A DNA stretch of 64,000 nt from Oscillospiraceae bacterium (lineage in GTDB: Bacteria > Bacillota > Clostridia > Oscillospirales > CAG-272): the NCBI GenBank assembly GCA_015064155.1, contig SVST01000015.1:7901-71900 (forward strand), written 5' to 3'. The notes below the pieces were generated by a model, which did no database searches, was not told where the DNA came from, and was given only the letters and a program-made list of their open reading frames with translations. The position numbers and the translations under genes are program-made. The first letter of the stretch is position 1, and the number at the start of each line of letters is the position of its first letter. Positions 28,345 through 37,801 of the stretch are shown piece by piece.

Positions 28345-29136
28345 GTGGAAAAATCTTTGATCAACGACGCGATTCGCAAGCGATATATCAAAAGGCTGTT
28401 TGTGCTGTTGTTTGGAATCGCGCTTTTTTATGCGGTTGTGTGTACGCCGGTTTCTATTATTGTCAGCAGCGACATTTTGCTGAGTGAAACCGCATGGCCG
28501 CTTGTCGTGGACTTGGTTTTATGGGTGTTTAACTATCTTTACTTTTGGATAGCCTTTGCATTTTTGCTGTATTTCGCGGTATGCTTTGGAAAAAGCGCGT
28601 ACTCCGCAGTCGTGGGCATGTATCTTGGGGCAACGGTATTTCGGTATACAGCCAATCTGGTGTCGGGATTCTATCAAATCGGATTTCCAAGATCCTCGGT
28701 GTTTGTAAGCAAATACCTGCCGTATTTTATTATTGATATTTTTATGGATGCCGTGCAGTTTTCGATTGCGTTTTTGGTGGTTCATTTTTGCACCGAAAAA
28801 ATCGTCGTCCTTTCGCGCAACTTGCCCATTACCAAACTGATCGACCGTCGAAACGTGGTTGCAAAGGCAGCGTTTTGGTTGGCGGCAATCCCCGCGCTGA
28901 TTCAACTGGGTTCGCGCGTGATTTACGATATTGATTTTGGAGCTCCCCGAGGTCTTTCCGATCTTTTGTGGATGATCTTCAGCTATTGGTCCGACTGCAT
29001 GGGACTTGTCATCGGTTACTTTGTGATTTTGCTGATTGTGAACCATCTGTACGTAAAAGCGGAGGAAACCAAGCTTTCCTACGAAGCCGAGGAGGGCTTG
29101 AGTCCCAATCAAGCCGAGGAAGAGGAAGAAGAATAA
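28345..29136 (+). CDS. hypothetical polytopic membrane protein with an acidic C-terminal tail
   Basis: About six predicted TM helices, with the tail ending EEGLSPNQAEEEEEE. I preferred GTG 28345 (downstream of the promoter, in frame with track ORF 28240). No family was recognised. Confidence 0.6.
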   Translation: MEKSLINDAIRKRYIKRLFVLLFGIALFYAVVCTPVSIIVSSDILLSETAWPLVVDLVLWVFNYLYFWIAFAFLLYFAVCFGKSAYSAVVGMYLGATVFRYTANLVSGFYQIGFPRSSVFVSKYLPYFIIDIFMDAVQFSIAFLVVHFCTEKIVVLSRNLPITKLIDRRNVVAKAAFWLAAIPALIQLGSRVIYDIDFGAPRGLSDLLWMIFSYWSDCMGLVIGYFVILLIVNHLYVKAEETKLSYEAEEGLSPNQAEEEEEE

Positions 29137-29150
29137 AACGAGCAAACAAA

Positions 29151-29188
29151 AAGCATCGCCGACGAGTTGTTTCGTCTGCGATGCTTTT
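29151..29188 (+). terminator. intrinsic terminator
   Basis: A long stem forms from AAGCATCGC-GACGA and TCGTC-GCGATGCTT. A T-run follows. Confidence 0.8.
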
Positions 29189-29202
29189 ATGCTTGTGGGT
29201 AG

Positions 29203-29802
29203 CGTTTTTTTTACGTCGGAATCATCAATAATTGTTCTGCACAAGGAGTTTTTTGCGATAAGAATAATGATTTTTATCAGGTTTTAGGAGGCGGATTTGT
29301 CGCTGAAAACCTACAAACGATTTCTAATTGTATTTCGACGGTTGAGATTACAGTCGAATCCAACGGACAAACAAGCGATTATATCGGCGGCTTCGTAGGC
29401 ACCAACAAAGGCACCATCTCAACCTCTTATGCGTTGGGAGATATCAACACCAAAACGACGGGCTACAAGGCAGGGTTTGCAGGTATCAATGAAACGGGCG
29501 CAACCATCAGTAAATCTTTCTGCGATGAAAACATCACCGCATCCAACACCGCAAAAACCGACTATTTCGTCGGCAACGCTGTCGTCGGCAGTACACTTTT
29601 CAAGTGCTACTATAACGAAGCAATGGTATTTACCAATTCCGCAGGGACTGCCTTTACACCGACAACCGCGGGCGGTACCGCAACCGACGTTGCAACGCTG
29701 CAAAGCGAAAGCTTTCTCTTTGATACGCTCGCTTGGTCGCGTGACGATTGGACGACCGTGTACCTTGCTTACCCCAAGCTTGCGTGGCAGGTAACCGAAT
29801 AA
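29203..29802 (+). pseudogene. 5'-truncated remnant of a GLUG-repeat surface protein gene (C-terminal ~200 codons only)
   Basis: The frame is open from the stop at 29200-29202 and has no in-frame ATG. It encodes repeats GGGFVAEN..ISNC, IGGFVGTNKGTISTSYALGDI and KAGFAGINETGATISKSF, then a C-terminal WSRDDWTTVYLAYPKLAWQ. There is no signal peptide, and the only plausible start is an internal TTG (29434). Confidence 0.5.
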
Positions 29803-29816
29803 CATTTTAATAAAAG

Positions 29817-29856
29817 CAACCGACTATCTGGTTTCGCAGGTAGTCGGTTGTTTTTT
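29817..29856. terminator. bidirectional terminator (GLUG remnant / ruvB)
   Basis: The stem CAACCGACTA (29817-29826) pairs with TAGTCGGTTG (29841-29850). A T6 run follows, and an A/T-rich run lies on the other side. Confidence 0.8.
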
Positions 29857-29873
29857 GAAAACAGACAGAAACG

Positions 29874-30947
29874 TCAATCCTCTGTATCAAACAACTTCAG
29901 TTGTTCATCTTGCGTGGGCTTTGCGGCGTGATAGGGAAGACCAAGATGCTCGTACGCCATGCGTGTCACGCATCTGCCGCGCGGTGTGCGGTTTAAAAAT
30001 CCGATCTGCATCAGGTAAGGCTCGTACATATCCTCCAGCGTAACGGCTTCCTCTCCCACCGTTGCGGCAAGCGTTTCCAGTCCCACGGGACCTCCGTCGT
30101 AAAACTTGACGATTGCTTCCAGCATCTTGCGGTCTACGTTATCCAAGCCGAGATTGTCGATCTCCAAGCGGTTGAGTGCATAGTTGGCAATTTCGGAATC
30201 GATCGAACCGTCCCCCTTGACCTGCGCAAAATCGCGCACGCGCTTGAGGAGCCGGTTGGCAATACGCGGTGTGCCGCGCGAACGGCTTGCAATTTCGATG
30301 GCACCATCGTCGGTGATTTCCATGCCAAGAATGCCCGTGCTGCGGCGAACGATGGTTGCCAGCTCCTCGGGAGTATAAAGCTCCAGCTTGAGGATAACAC
30401 CAAATCGGTCGCGCAAGGGGGTGGTCATCTGACCGGCTCGGGTGGTTGCTCCGATCAGGGTAAAGCGCGGCAGATCAATGCGGATGCTGCGCGCGGCGGG
30501 ACCCTTACCGATGATGATATCCAGTGCGTAGTCCTCCATTGCGGGGTAGAGAATCTCCTCCACCGAACGCGAAAGACGGTGAATTTCATCGATGAACAAG
30601 ACGTCCCCCTCGTTGAGATTGGTGAGGATCGCGGCAAGATCGCCCTGCTTTTCAATGGCGGGACCGGAGGTGATACGGATATTCACGCCCATTTCTGCGG
30701 CAATGATATTGGAAAGCGTGGTTTTTCCCAAGCCGGGAGGGCCGTACAAAAGCACGTGATCCAACGGATCGTTTCGCCGCTTCGCCGCTTCAATATAAAT
30801 TTTCAAATTTTCCTTGACTTTGTCCTGACCGATATATTCATCCAGCGTTTTCGGGCGCAGAGAAAGATCCACGTCGGCATCCTCTGCGTGATAGCTCGTG
30901 TTCATAATGCGGTTTTCAAAGTCAAATTCGGTGGTACCCATATCCAT
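29874..30947 (-). CDS. ruvB: Holliday junction branch-migration helicase RuvB
   Basis: Contains [12 protein letters not shown] and the Walker A motif GPPGLGKTT, with the typical RuvB C-terminus. I chose the start at ATG 30947 (after GGAG); the 418-aa track ORF overlaps the upstream gene. Confidence 0.9.
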   Translation of the reverse strand: MDMGTTEFDFENRIMNTSYHAEDADVDLSLRPKTLDEYIGQDKVKENLKIYIEAAKRRNDPLDHVLLYGPPGLGKTTLSNIIAAEMGVNIRITSGPAIEKQGDLAAILTNLNEGDVLFIDEIHRLSRSVEEILYPAMEDYALDIIIGKGPAARSIRIDLPRFTLIGATTRAGQMTTPLRDRFGVILKLELYTPEELATIVRRSTGILGMEITDDGAIEIASRSRGTPRIANRLLKRVRDFAQVKGDGSIDSEIANYALNRLEIDNLGLDNVDRKMLEAIVKFYDGGPVGLETLAATVGEEAVTLEDMYEPYLMQIGFLNRTPRGRCVTRMAYEHLGLPYHAAKPTQDEQLKLFDTED

Positions 30948-30978
30948 GGTTGCACAGCTCCTTTTTGGGGTGATTGGG

Positions 30979-33900
30979 TCACTCGGAAGCCGTCGGCGCG
31001 TCACCGTCTGCTTCCGAAAGGGTCGATTCAGGGGTATCGGGGGGAGTTGGATTTTCAGGTGGTGGCGGATCGTTGCCGTCGTCCTCCGAAAGATCGGTAG
31101 CGGGAGGCTCGGGGACCGAAACCAGTGCACGGAGATACTTGATGCGCATCATACGCTTTCGGAAGATGATCAAAACGATGAGTAGGAGCAGGCAAGCCCC
31201 CGAGATCGCAAGTCCGATCCACAGCGTATTGGGGGAGTAAACCATTTCGATGGTGTAGGTTTCGCCCGCAGCTCCGTCGATGTGGAATGCGACCAGCGAG
31301 CCGAGTGCCTTTACGGTTTCCACTTCTTTACCGTTTACGGTAACCTTCCAGCCCTTATCGTAGGGAATGGTCGTCAAAACCAGTTCGTTTTCGCGCGAGG
31401 TCGTCAGGGTTCCCGTGAAGGAGTGACCGGTATACTCGGTAATTTCCAACTGATCCTCTGCCAAGCGCGACATGACGTCTTCAAACACCGCCATGTCAAT
31501 ATAATAGAAGAAATCCTCGGAGATTTTGGGGAACAGATTGGTTCCTTTCAGCTGCATTTGCAGGGAGAGCTTGTCGCCGGCATCCTGCTTGCCAAGGGAT
31601 ATGATATTGTTGGTGACGTGCGTTTGGAAGTCGCCAAGCCACGTGACCTGCTTGTCTTCTCCCGAGCCTTCAATCAAGGCAAGGTTGCTTTCCCGTCTGT
31701 AATCGGAGGGCATATAGAAGAAGATCTCCGCCTCCTCGGGGACGGTCAATTTATAGGTGACGTACCCGGCTTTTGACGTATCCTTTGTGTAATAACCTAC
31801 GTGCGTTTTGTCTTGCAGGGTAACCTTTTTGGTGTTGTACATCGTCGGATCGCCTACCTTGATGGGAACGAAGATCCGCACGGTTTCCTCTTCGCCAAGC
31901 ATTGCGGTTACCATTGCGTTCAAGCGTTCAAACGGAGAATCGTACTCGTCGAGATAGTCCCCGTCGGCGATGATTTCCTCAATGCCGAGGATTTCGTTGA
32001 GCTTGCCCAGTAGCGTGTCAATTGCTTTTCCGATGCCGTCTGCATTGGGCTTCTTTTCTTCCTCCTCTTTTTCCGTTTCCTCCGCGTTATCCTCTGTTTC
32101 TTCCTTAGGAACGAAGCCCAGAGGGAAGTCCAGTACGTCATCGGACACACCGAACGCGATGGAGAGCGCGTAGGGGTTGCGGTATGCGGTATAGCCGGTT
32201 TCGGGATCCTGCTTATAGATGTGGTAGAAATCGCTGTAGATCGCCTTATCGGAAATGATATACTTGAGTCCCAAGAGGGAGTCGTTGACCGGATTTCCTC
32301 CGCGGTAGCGGGAGTGATGCGACTGGGCTGCATATCCCATTTTGTTCAGGAATTGAATGGTTTCCTGGTTCAGCGTTGAGGTTGAACCGGAAAGACCGTT
32401 CATATGGAAAGACATATTGTCGTTGTTGGTTCGCCAAAAGGTCTTTTCCATGCGGTAGAAGGAGGTGTCGGATTCCTGCACCATTTCCACGATCGGGTAG
32501 TTTTTCTTCATATAGTTGTTATACGAGCTGTAGTTCGTAAAAACAACGTCCTTGTGCATTGCCTTGAAGCACAGCCAACCGTTTACCACGACTTCAAGCG
32601 AAACAACCGCAACCATTACGATGCTGAGAATCTGCGGCAACCTGGCTTTTTTCATCAAGGCTAAGATCGACAAATAGACAAAGAGTGCCAGAATCGTCAG
32701 CCAAACGGTTTTAAAATCGCCGGTCTTGATATATTCAAGTCCCTCTACCTTTTGGAGCAGGACGCAGGCGAGGACGATCACGCCCGCGGCACCAAAGATC
32801 GGCTTCAGCGGCATTTCCTTGATATCGGTAAAGGCTCGGCAGGCAAGCACGCAAAGAATGAAGCTCAGCATAAAGCTGTAGCGGTAATACATCCAGTTGG
32901 GCTTTTGGAAAAGGTGCCAGACAAGGTCGGTAACCGTAAAGGAGAAGCTGGCAATGAAGACCAGGATCAAGGCACCCATTGCGATTTTTTGACGGGTCGT
33001 ATACCGCTTGGAAAGAAAATACAGCGGAACCAAAAGGAGTGTCAGAACACCGCAATATACGAACGGGTAGCCTCCGTGTCTTAGCGTGTCGTAGGAACCG
33101 GGCAGGAACTTATACGACAGCTCCAAAAGATCAAATTTTGTTTTCCATTCCCAGTTGGGATCGGAGAAGGAGGTTTTACCGAAGTTGAGCGAATAGTATG
33201 CGGAAAGCAGAATCACCGCCGCAATGCCCAGCGCAATGATCGAATAGAACGCCATACGTCCGAGCGACTTGAGAAAATGCAGCTTTTCACGAAGCGGGTT
33301 GTTCAGGTTGTCCTCGCCGTTTCCAAGATAAAAGGCAAAGAAGTAAAGAAAGCAATAGATGCATACCATAAAGCCGATATAGTAGTTGCTGAACACCGTG
33401 AGCGCGAGCACGATGGTATACATTTTGAATTTGCCTTCTTTGATCAGCGACTCAATCCCGAGCGTAATGAGAGGCAGCCACATGACCGCATCGATCCACA
33501 TGGTATTGTTCTGCTGTACGATCGCGTAAGCCGACAGCGCGTAGCAGATCGAAAACAAGACGATTGCACAGCGGTTGCGCTTTTTCATCGTGCGGTGCAT
33601 ATAGTAACCGAAGGTTGCGCCGCAGATTGCCGTTTTGATGAGGAACATCGTCAGAAGTCCCTCCAGCATCCGGGTTTTGGGGAAGAGGCACACGATAAAG
33701 GAGAACGGGCTTGCCAAGTAATAAGCGTACATACCCAAAAACTCTCCGCCGAGTGCACGGTTAAACGAATACAGAAGATCGGCATCTCCGTGCACGAAAT
33801 TGCGGAGTGCTTCAAAGAAGGTGACGTACTGACTGTTCAGGTCGAGCACCAGCACCGAGCCGTCGCCAAACGGATGGATATCTCTGGCAAAATAGTAGAC

Positions 33901-34053
33901 GAGCCAGACCAGTACCACCGGAATGAGCATACAAAGCCCGAGGTGCCAATATTCTCTGAAAAAGTCCTTTAACCGATTTTTTTGCGATGAGGAAAGCTGC
34001 GAAGCTTTTGGACCGCTGGCTTCGGCTTTTTCTCTTTTTTTGATCTTTAACAT
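30979..34053 (-). CDS. YfhO-family polytopic membrane protein, paralog A (predicted GT-C-type envelope glycosyltransferase)
   Basis: The N-terminus reads [53 protein letters not shown], which resembles YfhO. Many TM helices follow, then an extracytoplasmic region of about 400 aa, a terminal TM helix and a Pro/Asp/Glu-rich tail. The start is ATG 34053, or GTG 34089 as in the track. Confidence 0.75.
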   Translation of the reverse strand: MLKIKKREKAEASGPKASQLSSSQKNRLKDFFREYWHLGLCMLIPVVLVWLVYYFARDIHPFGDGSVLVLDLNSQYVTFFEALRNFVHGDADLLYSFNRALGGEFLGMYAYYLASPFSFIVCLFPKTRMLEGLLTMFLIKTAICGATFGYYMHRTMKKRNRCAIVLFSICYALSAYAIVQQNNTMWIDAVMWLPLITLGIESLIKEGKFKMYTIVLALTVFSNYYIGFMVCIYCFLYFFAFYLGNGEDNLNNPLREKLHFLKSLGRMAFYSIIALGIAAVILLSAYYSLNFGKTSFSDPNWEWKTKFDLLELSYKFLPGSYDTLRHGGYPFVYCGVLTLLLVPLYFLSKRYTTRQKIAMGALILVFIASFSFTVTDLVWHLFQKPNWMYYRYSFMLSFILCVLACRAFTDIKEMPLKPIFGAAGVIVLACVLLQKVEGLEYIKTGDFKTVWLTILALFVYLSILALMKKARLPQILSIVMVAVVSLEVVVNGWLCFKAMHKDVVFTNYSSYNNYMKKNYPIVEMVQESDTSFYRMEKTFWRTNNDNMSFHMNGLSGSTSTLNQETIQFLNKMGYAAQSHHSRYRGGNPVNDSLLGLKYIISDKAIYSDFYHIYKQDPETGYTAYRNPYALSIAFGVSDDVLDFPLGFVPKEETEDNAEETEKEEEEKKPNADGIGKAIDTLLGKLNEILGIEEIIADGDYLDEYDSPFERLNAMVTAMLGEEETVRIFVPIKVGDPTMYNTKKVTLQDKTHVGYYTKDTSKAGYVTYKLTVPEEAEIFFYMPSDYRRESNLALIEGSGEDKQVTWLGDFQTHVTNNIISLGKQDAGDKLSLQMQLKGTNLFPKISEDFFYYIDMAVFEDVMSRLAEDQLEITEYTGHSFTGTLTTSRENELVLTTIPYDKGWKVTVNGKEVETVKALGSLVAFHIDGAAGETYTIEMVYSPNTLWIGLAISGACLLLLIVLIIFRKRMMRIKYLRALVSVPEPPATDLSEDDGNDPPPPENPTPPDTPESTLSEADGDAPTASE
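31131..33965 (-). repeat. direct repeat copy A (about 2.85 kb, body of YfhO paralog A)
   Basis: Collinear nucleotide similarity to 34859-37711 (offset 3728-3746 nt), with mosaic identity. Confidence 0.85.
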
Positions 34054-34103
34054 AGTGAACGTTCCTTTTGTTTTGATTGATTGACGCACCGTACAAGCGG
34101 AGC

Positions 34104-34739
34104 TCAGTATTTCATCAGCTTTTTCAGCGAAAGACGAATGATTTCCTCCAACTCCATGGTTTCGGTGGGGAGATCCTTGAGGGCGTGCAATGCCTCGGTG
34201 CGTGAATATCCCAACACGATGAGCGCGTCGGTGGCTTCGGAGAGCTTGCCTCTCGCGCCTGCCGTCACGGTCGTCATACCCGACTGTGACGATACGGCGG
34301 CAAGATCCTCGCCTGCGTGCTCTTTCATCAGCTTGTCCTTTAGTTCAAGGATGACGCGTGCGGCGGTTTTGGGACCGATGCCGTTTGCTTTTGCGATGGT
34401 CTTTTTGTCCTCTGTGCAGACAGCCAACGCGAATTTTTCGGGGGTTAAGAGGGAGAGAATCGACATGGCTGCCTTGGGACCTACACCGGACACCGAAATG
34501 AGCAGTTTAAAGGAGGAAAGCTCGGTTTCGGTTGCAAAGCCGAACAGCTCGATCCCATCCTCTCGTACCGCCATATAGGTGTACAGACGAACGGAGGGAG
34601 GCTCCTTAACCGAACGGTTGGGCGGCATGGCGTCATAGGTGGTGCCACTGACGGTCAGCTTATAGCCAACACCGCCCACGTCGAGAACGGCAACGTTATT
34701 TTCCAAATGAGTCAATTTTCCCGAGAGATAGTAGAACAT
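34104..34739 (-). CDS. ruvA: Holliday junction DNA helicase subunit RuvA
   Basis: Contains MFYYLSGKL..VAVLDVGGVGYKL in the OB domain, HhH repeats (GVGPKAAMSIL, GIGPKTAARV) and a C-terminal domain III. Confidence 0.9.
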   Translation of the reverse strand: MFYYLSGKLTHLENNVAVLDVGGVGYKLTVSGTTYDAMPPNRSVKEPPSVRLYTYMAVREDGIELFGFATETELSSFKLLISVSGVGPKAAMSILSLLTPEKFALAVCTEDKKTIAKANGIGPKTAARVILELKDKLMKEHAGEDLAAVSSQSGMTTVTAGARGKLSEATDALIVLGYSRTEALHALKDLPTETMELEEIIRLSLKKLMKY

Positions 34740-34757
34740 AGACGGTTATCCTTTCGA

Positions 34758-37700
34758 TCAGGTGTTATCGGGGGAATCGTCGGGCGGTGGCAATTCATCG
34801 CTGTCACCCTCCGGCAGTCGGGGAAGATCGGGATTTTCGGGTACCGATACCACCGCGCGCAGATATTTGATGCGCATCATGCGTTTTCGTAGGATGATCA
34901 AGGCAATCAAGATAATCAGGCAGACGATGGAGATCGTAAGTCCGATCCACAGCGTATTGGGGGAGTAAACCATTTCGATGGTGTAGGTTTCGCCCGCAGC
35001 TCCGTCGATGTGGAATGCGACCAGCGAGCCGAGTGCCTTTACGGTTTCCACTTCTTTACCGTTTACGGTAACCTTCCAGCCCTTGTCGTAGGGAATGGTT
35101 GTCAAAACCAGTTCGTTTTCGCGCGAGGTCGTCAGGGTTCCCGTGAAGGAGTGCCCGGTATACTCGGTAATTTTCATCTGATCCTCTGCCAAGCGCGACA
35201 TCACGTCTTCAAACACCTCCATGTCAATGTAGTAGAAGAAATCCTCGGTGATCATGGGGTAAACCTTGTCGGCGAGCATCTGCAGCTGCATGGAGAGATT
35301 AGCTCCCTCGTTTTGCTTTCCGAGCGAGATGATATGAGTGGTGTCATTGCCCTGGAAGTTGCCGGGCCAGGTTACGGTTTTGTCGGAGCCGTTTCTTTCA
35401 ATCAGTGCCATCTTCATTTCACGGGGATAGTTGGAGGGCATATAGAAGAACAGCTCGGCAGTTTCGGGCATGGTGAACTTGTAGGTCAAGTAAGAGTTTT
35501 TATCCGATTTGCTTGCATCGGGGGTGGTTTTTGCATATCCTGCGTGGGTATTCTGGTCATAAACGCCGATCTTCTCCGCATTCCAAAGCGAGGGCTCTCT
35601 GGTTTTGATGGGAACGAAGACCTGTACCGATGTTTCCTCCCCAAGCATTGCCGTGATCATTGCGTTCAAGCGTTCGAACGGGGAATTGTAATCGTCGCGG
35701 TATACGGCATCGTTGATGGTTTCTTCGATTCCGAGCCATTCGTTGAGCTTGCTCAAAAGCGAATCGATTGCTTTTCCCATCTTGTCGGCATTAGGTTTGG
35801 TTTCCTCTGCTTTTTTGGTGGTTGCGGCGGTTTCGTTATTGCTTTCCATCTCTGCCTGGGAGATAAATCCAAGCGGGAAGTCCAGCACGTCGTCCGATAC
35901 ACCGAACGCAATGGAAAGCGCGTAGGGGTTGCGGTATGCGGTATAGCCGTTTTCAACGTCCTGCGTGCAGACCTCGTAGAAATCACTGTAAATTGCCTTG
36001 TCGGAAATGATATACTTGAGTCCGAGCAAGGAGTCGTTTACGGGGTTTCCTCCGCGATATCGGGAAGCGTGCGAACGGGCAAGATAGCCCATTTTATTCA
36101 GGAAGTTAATGGTTTCCTTGTTGAGCGTGGAGGTCGATCCCGACAGACCGTACACGTTCAGTGCCATGTTGTCGTTTCTGCGATCAAAGGTCTTTTCCAT
36201 GCGGTAGAAGGAGTCGTCGGCGTTCTGTACCGCTTCCACGATCGGCGTGGTTTTATCCAAATAGTCATTATATTTGCTGTAATCTGTGAAGATAACGTCC
36301 TTGTCCAGCGCGTGCAGGCACAAAATGCCGTTGGCAAACACCTCAATCGATACCACGCACACCAGCACGATGCTGATGATCTGCTGTGATTTCGCTTTTT
36401 TCATCAAGCCGAAAATTGCCAGATAGAGGAACAGCGCGAGAATTGTGAACCAAACGGTTTTGAAATCGCCGGGTTTGATATACTCAAGCCCCTCTACCTT
36501 TTGAAGCAGGACGCAGGCGAGGACGATTACGCCGGCGGCGCCGAAGATCGGTTTGAGTGACATTTCCTTGATATCGGTGAATGCCCGACAAGCAAGCACG
36601 CAAAGAATGAAGCACAGCATAAAGCTGTAGCGGTAATTCAGCCAGTTTGGCTTTTGGAAGACGTGCCAGACGAGGTCGGTGACGTTAAAGGAAAAGCTTG
36701 CAAGGAAAATCAGGATCAGGGAGCCCGCCGCAATCTTTTGACGGGTCGTATACCGCTTGGACAGAAAATACAGCGGGACCAAAAGGAGTGTCAGAAGTCC
36801 GCAGTAAACGAAGGGATAGCCTGCAGGACGAACGGTATCGTAGGAGCTTGGCAGGAATTTATAGAACAGCTCTAAAAGATCGAAATTGGTTTTCCATTCC
36901 CAGTTGGGGTTGGAGAAGGAGGTCTTACCGAAGTTGAGCGAATAGTATGCGGAAAGCAGAATCACCGCCGCAATACCCAGCGCGATGATCGAATAGAATG
37001 CCATACGCGCCAAGGACTTGAGGAAATGCAGCTTTTCGCGAAGCGGATTGTTTAGATTGTGTTCGGAATGACCCAGATAGTATGCGAAGAAGTAGAGGAA
37101 GCAGTAGATGCATACCATGAAGCCGATATAGAAGTTGCTGAACAGCGTAACGGCAAGCACGATGGTGTACATCTTAAACTTGCCCTCTTTCACCAGCGAT
37201 TCAATGCCAAGGGTAATAAGAGGCAGCCACATGACCGCGTCGATCCACATGGTGTTGTGCTGCTGTACGATTGCGTAAGCCGACAGCGCGTAGCAGATCG
37301 AGAACAAGACGATTGCATAGCGGTTGCGCTTCTTCATGGTGCGGTGCATATAGTAGCCGAAGGTCGCGCCGCAGATCGCGGTTTTCAAGAGGAACAGCGT
37401 GAGAAGCCCCTCCAGCATTTTCGTCTTGGGGAACAGACACACGATGAAGGAGAGAGGACTTGCCACGTAGTAGGCGTAAATTCCCAAAAACTCTCCGCCC
37501 AGTGCGCGGCTGAACGAATAGAGGAGATCGGCATCGCCGCGTACGAAATTGCGGAGTGCTTCAAAAAACCAAACGTATTGCGCGTTCAGGTCGAGCACCA
37601 GCACAGAGCCGTCGCCAAACGGATGAATGCCTCTGGAAAGATAGATGAGGTAGACCAATACCACGGGAATGAGCATACAAAGCCCGAGGTACCAATATTC

Positions 37701-37799
37701 TCTCAAAAAGCCTTTGAAGCTCTTTTTCTCGGGCTGCAAAAGCGGCGGTTGATTGTTTTTCGCCGATGCAGCTTGCAGTGCAGGTTTCTTTTTTGACAT
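34758..37799 (-). CDS. YfhO-family polytopic membrane protein, paralog B
   Basis: The architecture matches paralog A and the two are collinear throughout. My manual alignment suggests roughly four fifths amino-acid identity. ATG 37799 follows GGAAAGGAA. Confidence 0.75.
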   Translation of the reverse strand: MSKKKPALQAASAKNNQPPLLQPEKKSFKGFLREYWYLGLCMLIPVVLVYLIYLSRGIHPFGDGSVLVLDLNAQYVWFFEALRNFVRGDADLLYSFSRALGGEFLGIYAYYVASPLSFIVCLFPKTKMLEGLLTLFLLKTAICGATFGYYMHRTMKKRNRYAIVLFSICYALSAYAIVQQHNTMWIDAVMWLPLITLGIESLVKEGKFKMYTIVLAVTLFSNFYIGFMVCIYCFLYFFAYYLGHSEHNLNNPLREKLHFLKSLARMAFYSIIALGIAAVILLSAYYSLNFGKTSFSNPNWEWKTNFDLLELFYKFLPSSYDTVRPAGYPFVYCGLLTLLLVPLYFLSKRYTTRQKIAAGSLILIFLASFSFNVTDLVWHVFQKPNWLNYRYSFMLCFILCVLACRAFTDIKEMSLKPIFGAAGVIVLACVLLQKVEGLEYIKPGDFKTVWFTILALFLYLAIFGLMKKAKSQQIISIVLVCVVSIEVFANGILCLHALDKDVIFTDYSKYNDYLDKTTPIVEAVQNADDSFYRMEKTFDRRNDNMALNVYGLSGSTSTLNKETINFLNKMGYLARSHASRYRGGNPVNDSLLGLKYIISDKAIYSDFYEVCTQDVENGYTAYRNPYALSIAFGVSDDVLDFPLGFISQAEMESNNETAATTKKAEETKPNADKMGKAIDSLLSKLNEWLGIEETINDAVYRDDYNSPFERLNAMITAMLGEETSVQVFVPIKTREPSLWNAEKIGVYDQNTHAGYAKTTPDASKSDKNSYLTYKFTMPETAELFFYMPSNYPREMKMALIERNGSDKTVTWPGNFQGNDTTHIISLGKQNEGANLSMQLQMLADKVYPMITEDFFYYIDMEVFEDVMSRLAEDQMKITEYTGHSFTGTLTTSRENELVLTTIPYDKGWKVTVNGKEVETVKALGSLVAFHIDGAAGETYTIEMVYSPNTLWIGLTISIVCLIILIALIILRKRMMRIKYLRAVVSVPENPDLPRLPEGDSDELPPPDDSPDNT
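34859..37711 (-). repeat. direct repeat copy B (about 2.85 kb, body of YfhO paralog B)
   Basis: Collinear nucleotide similarity to 31131-33965. ruvA lies between the two copies. Confidence 0.85.
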
Positions 37800-37801
37800 G
37801 G

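Noticed and set aside
29429-29794. A 121-aa ORF in an alternative frame over the GLUG remnant (MRWEISTPKRR...)
   Set aside because: It is Pro/Ser/Thr-rich with no motif. The overlapping frame carries clear GLUG repeats, so this is an off-frame artefact.
29874-31130. A 418-aa version of RuvB extending 61 codons upstream
   Set aside because: The extension overlaps the 3' end of YfhO paralog A and is Pro/Arg-rich nonsense. RuvB homology starts near MDMGTTEF, and a GGAG lies 10 nt before ATG 30947.
35010-36389. A 459-aa plus-strand ORF inside YfhO paralog B. Similar ORFs 31282..31776, 33277..33972 and 37059..37796 lie in the repeat region.
   Set aside because: All are antisense shadows of the YfhO genes. 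They begin with identical peptides ([25 protein letters not shown]) only because they lie in the gene-converted patch. No independent coding evidence exists.
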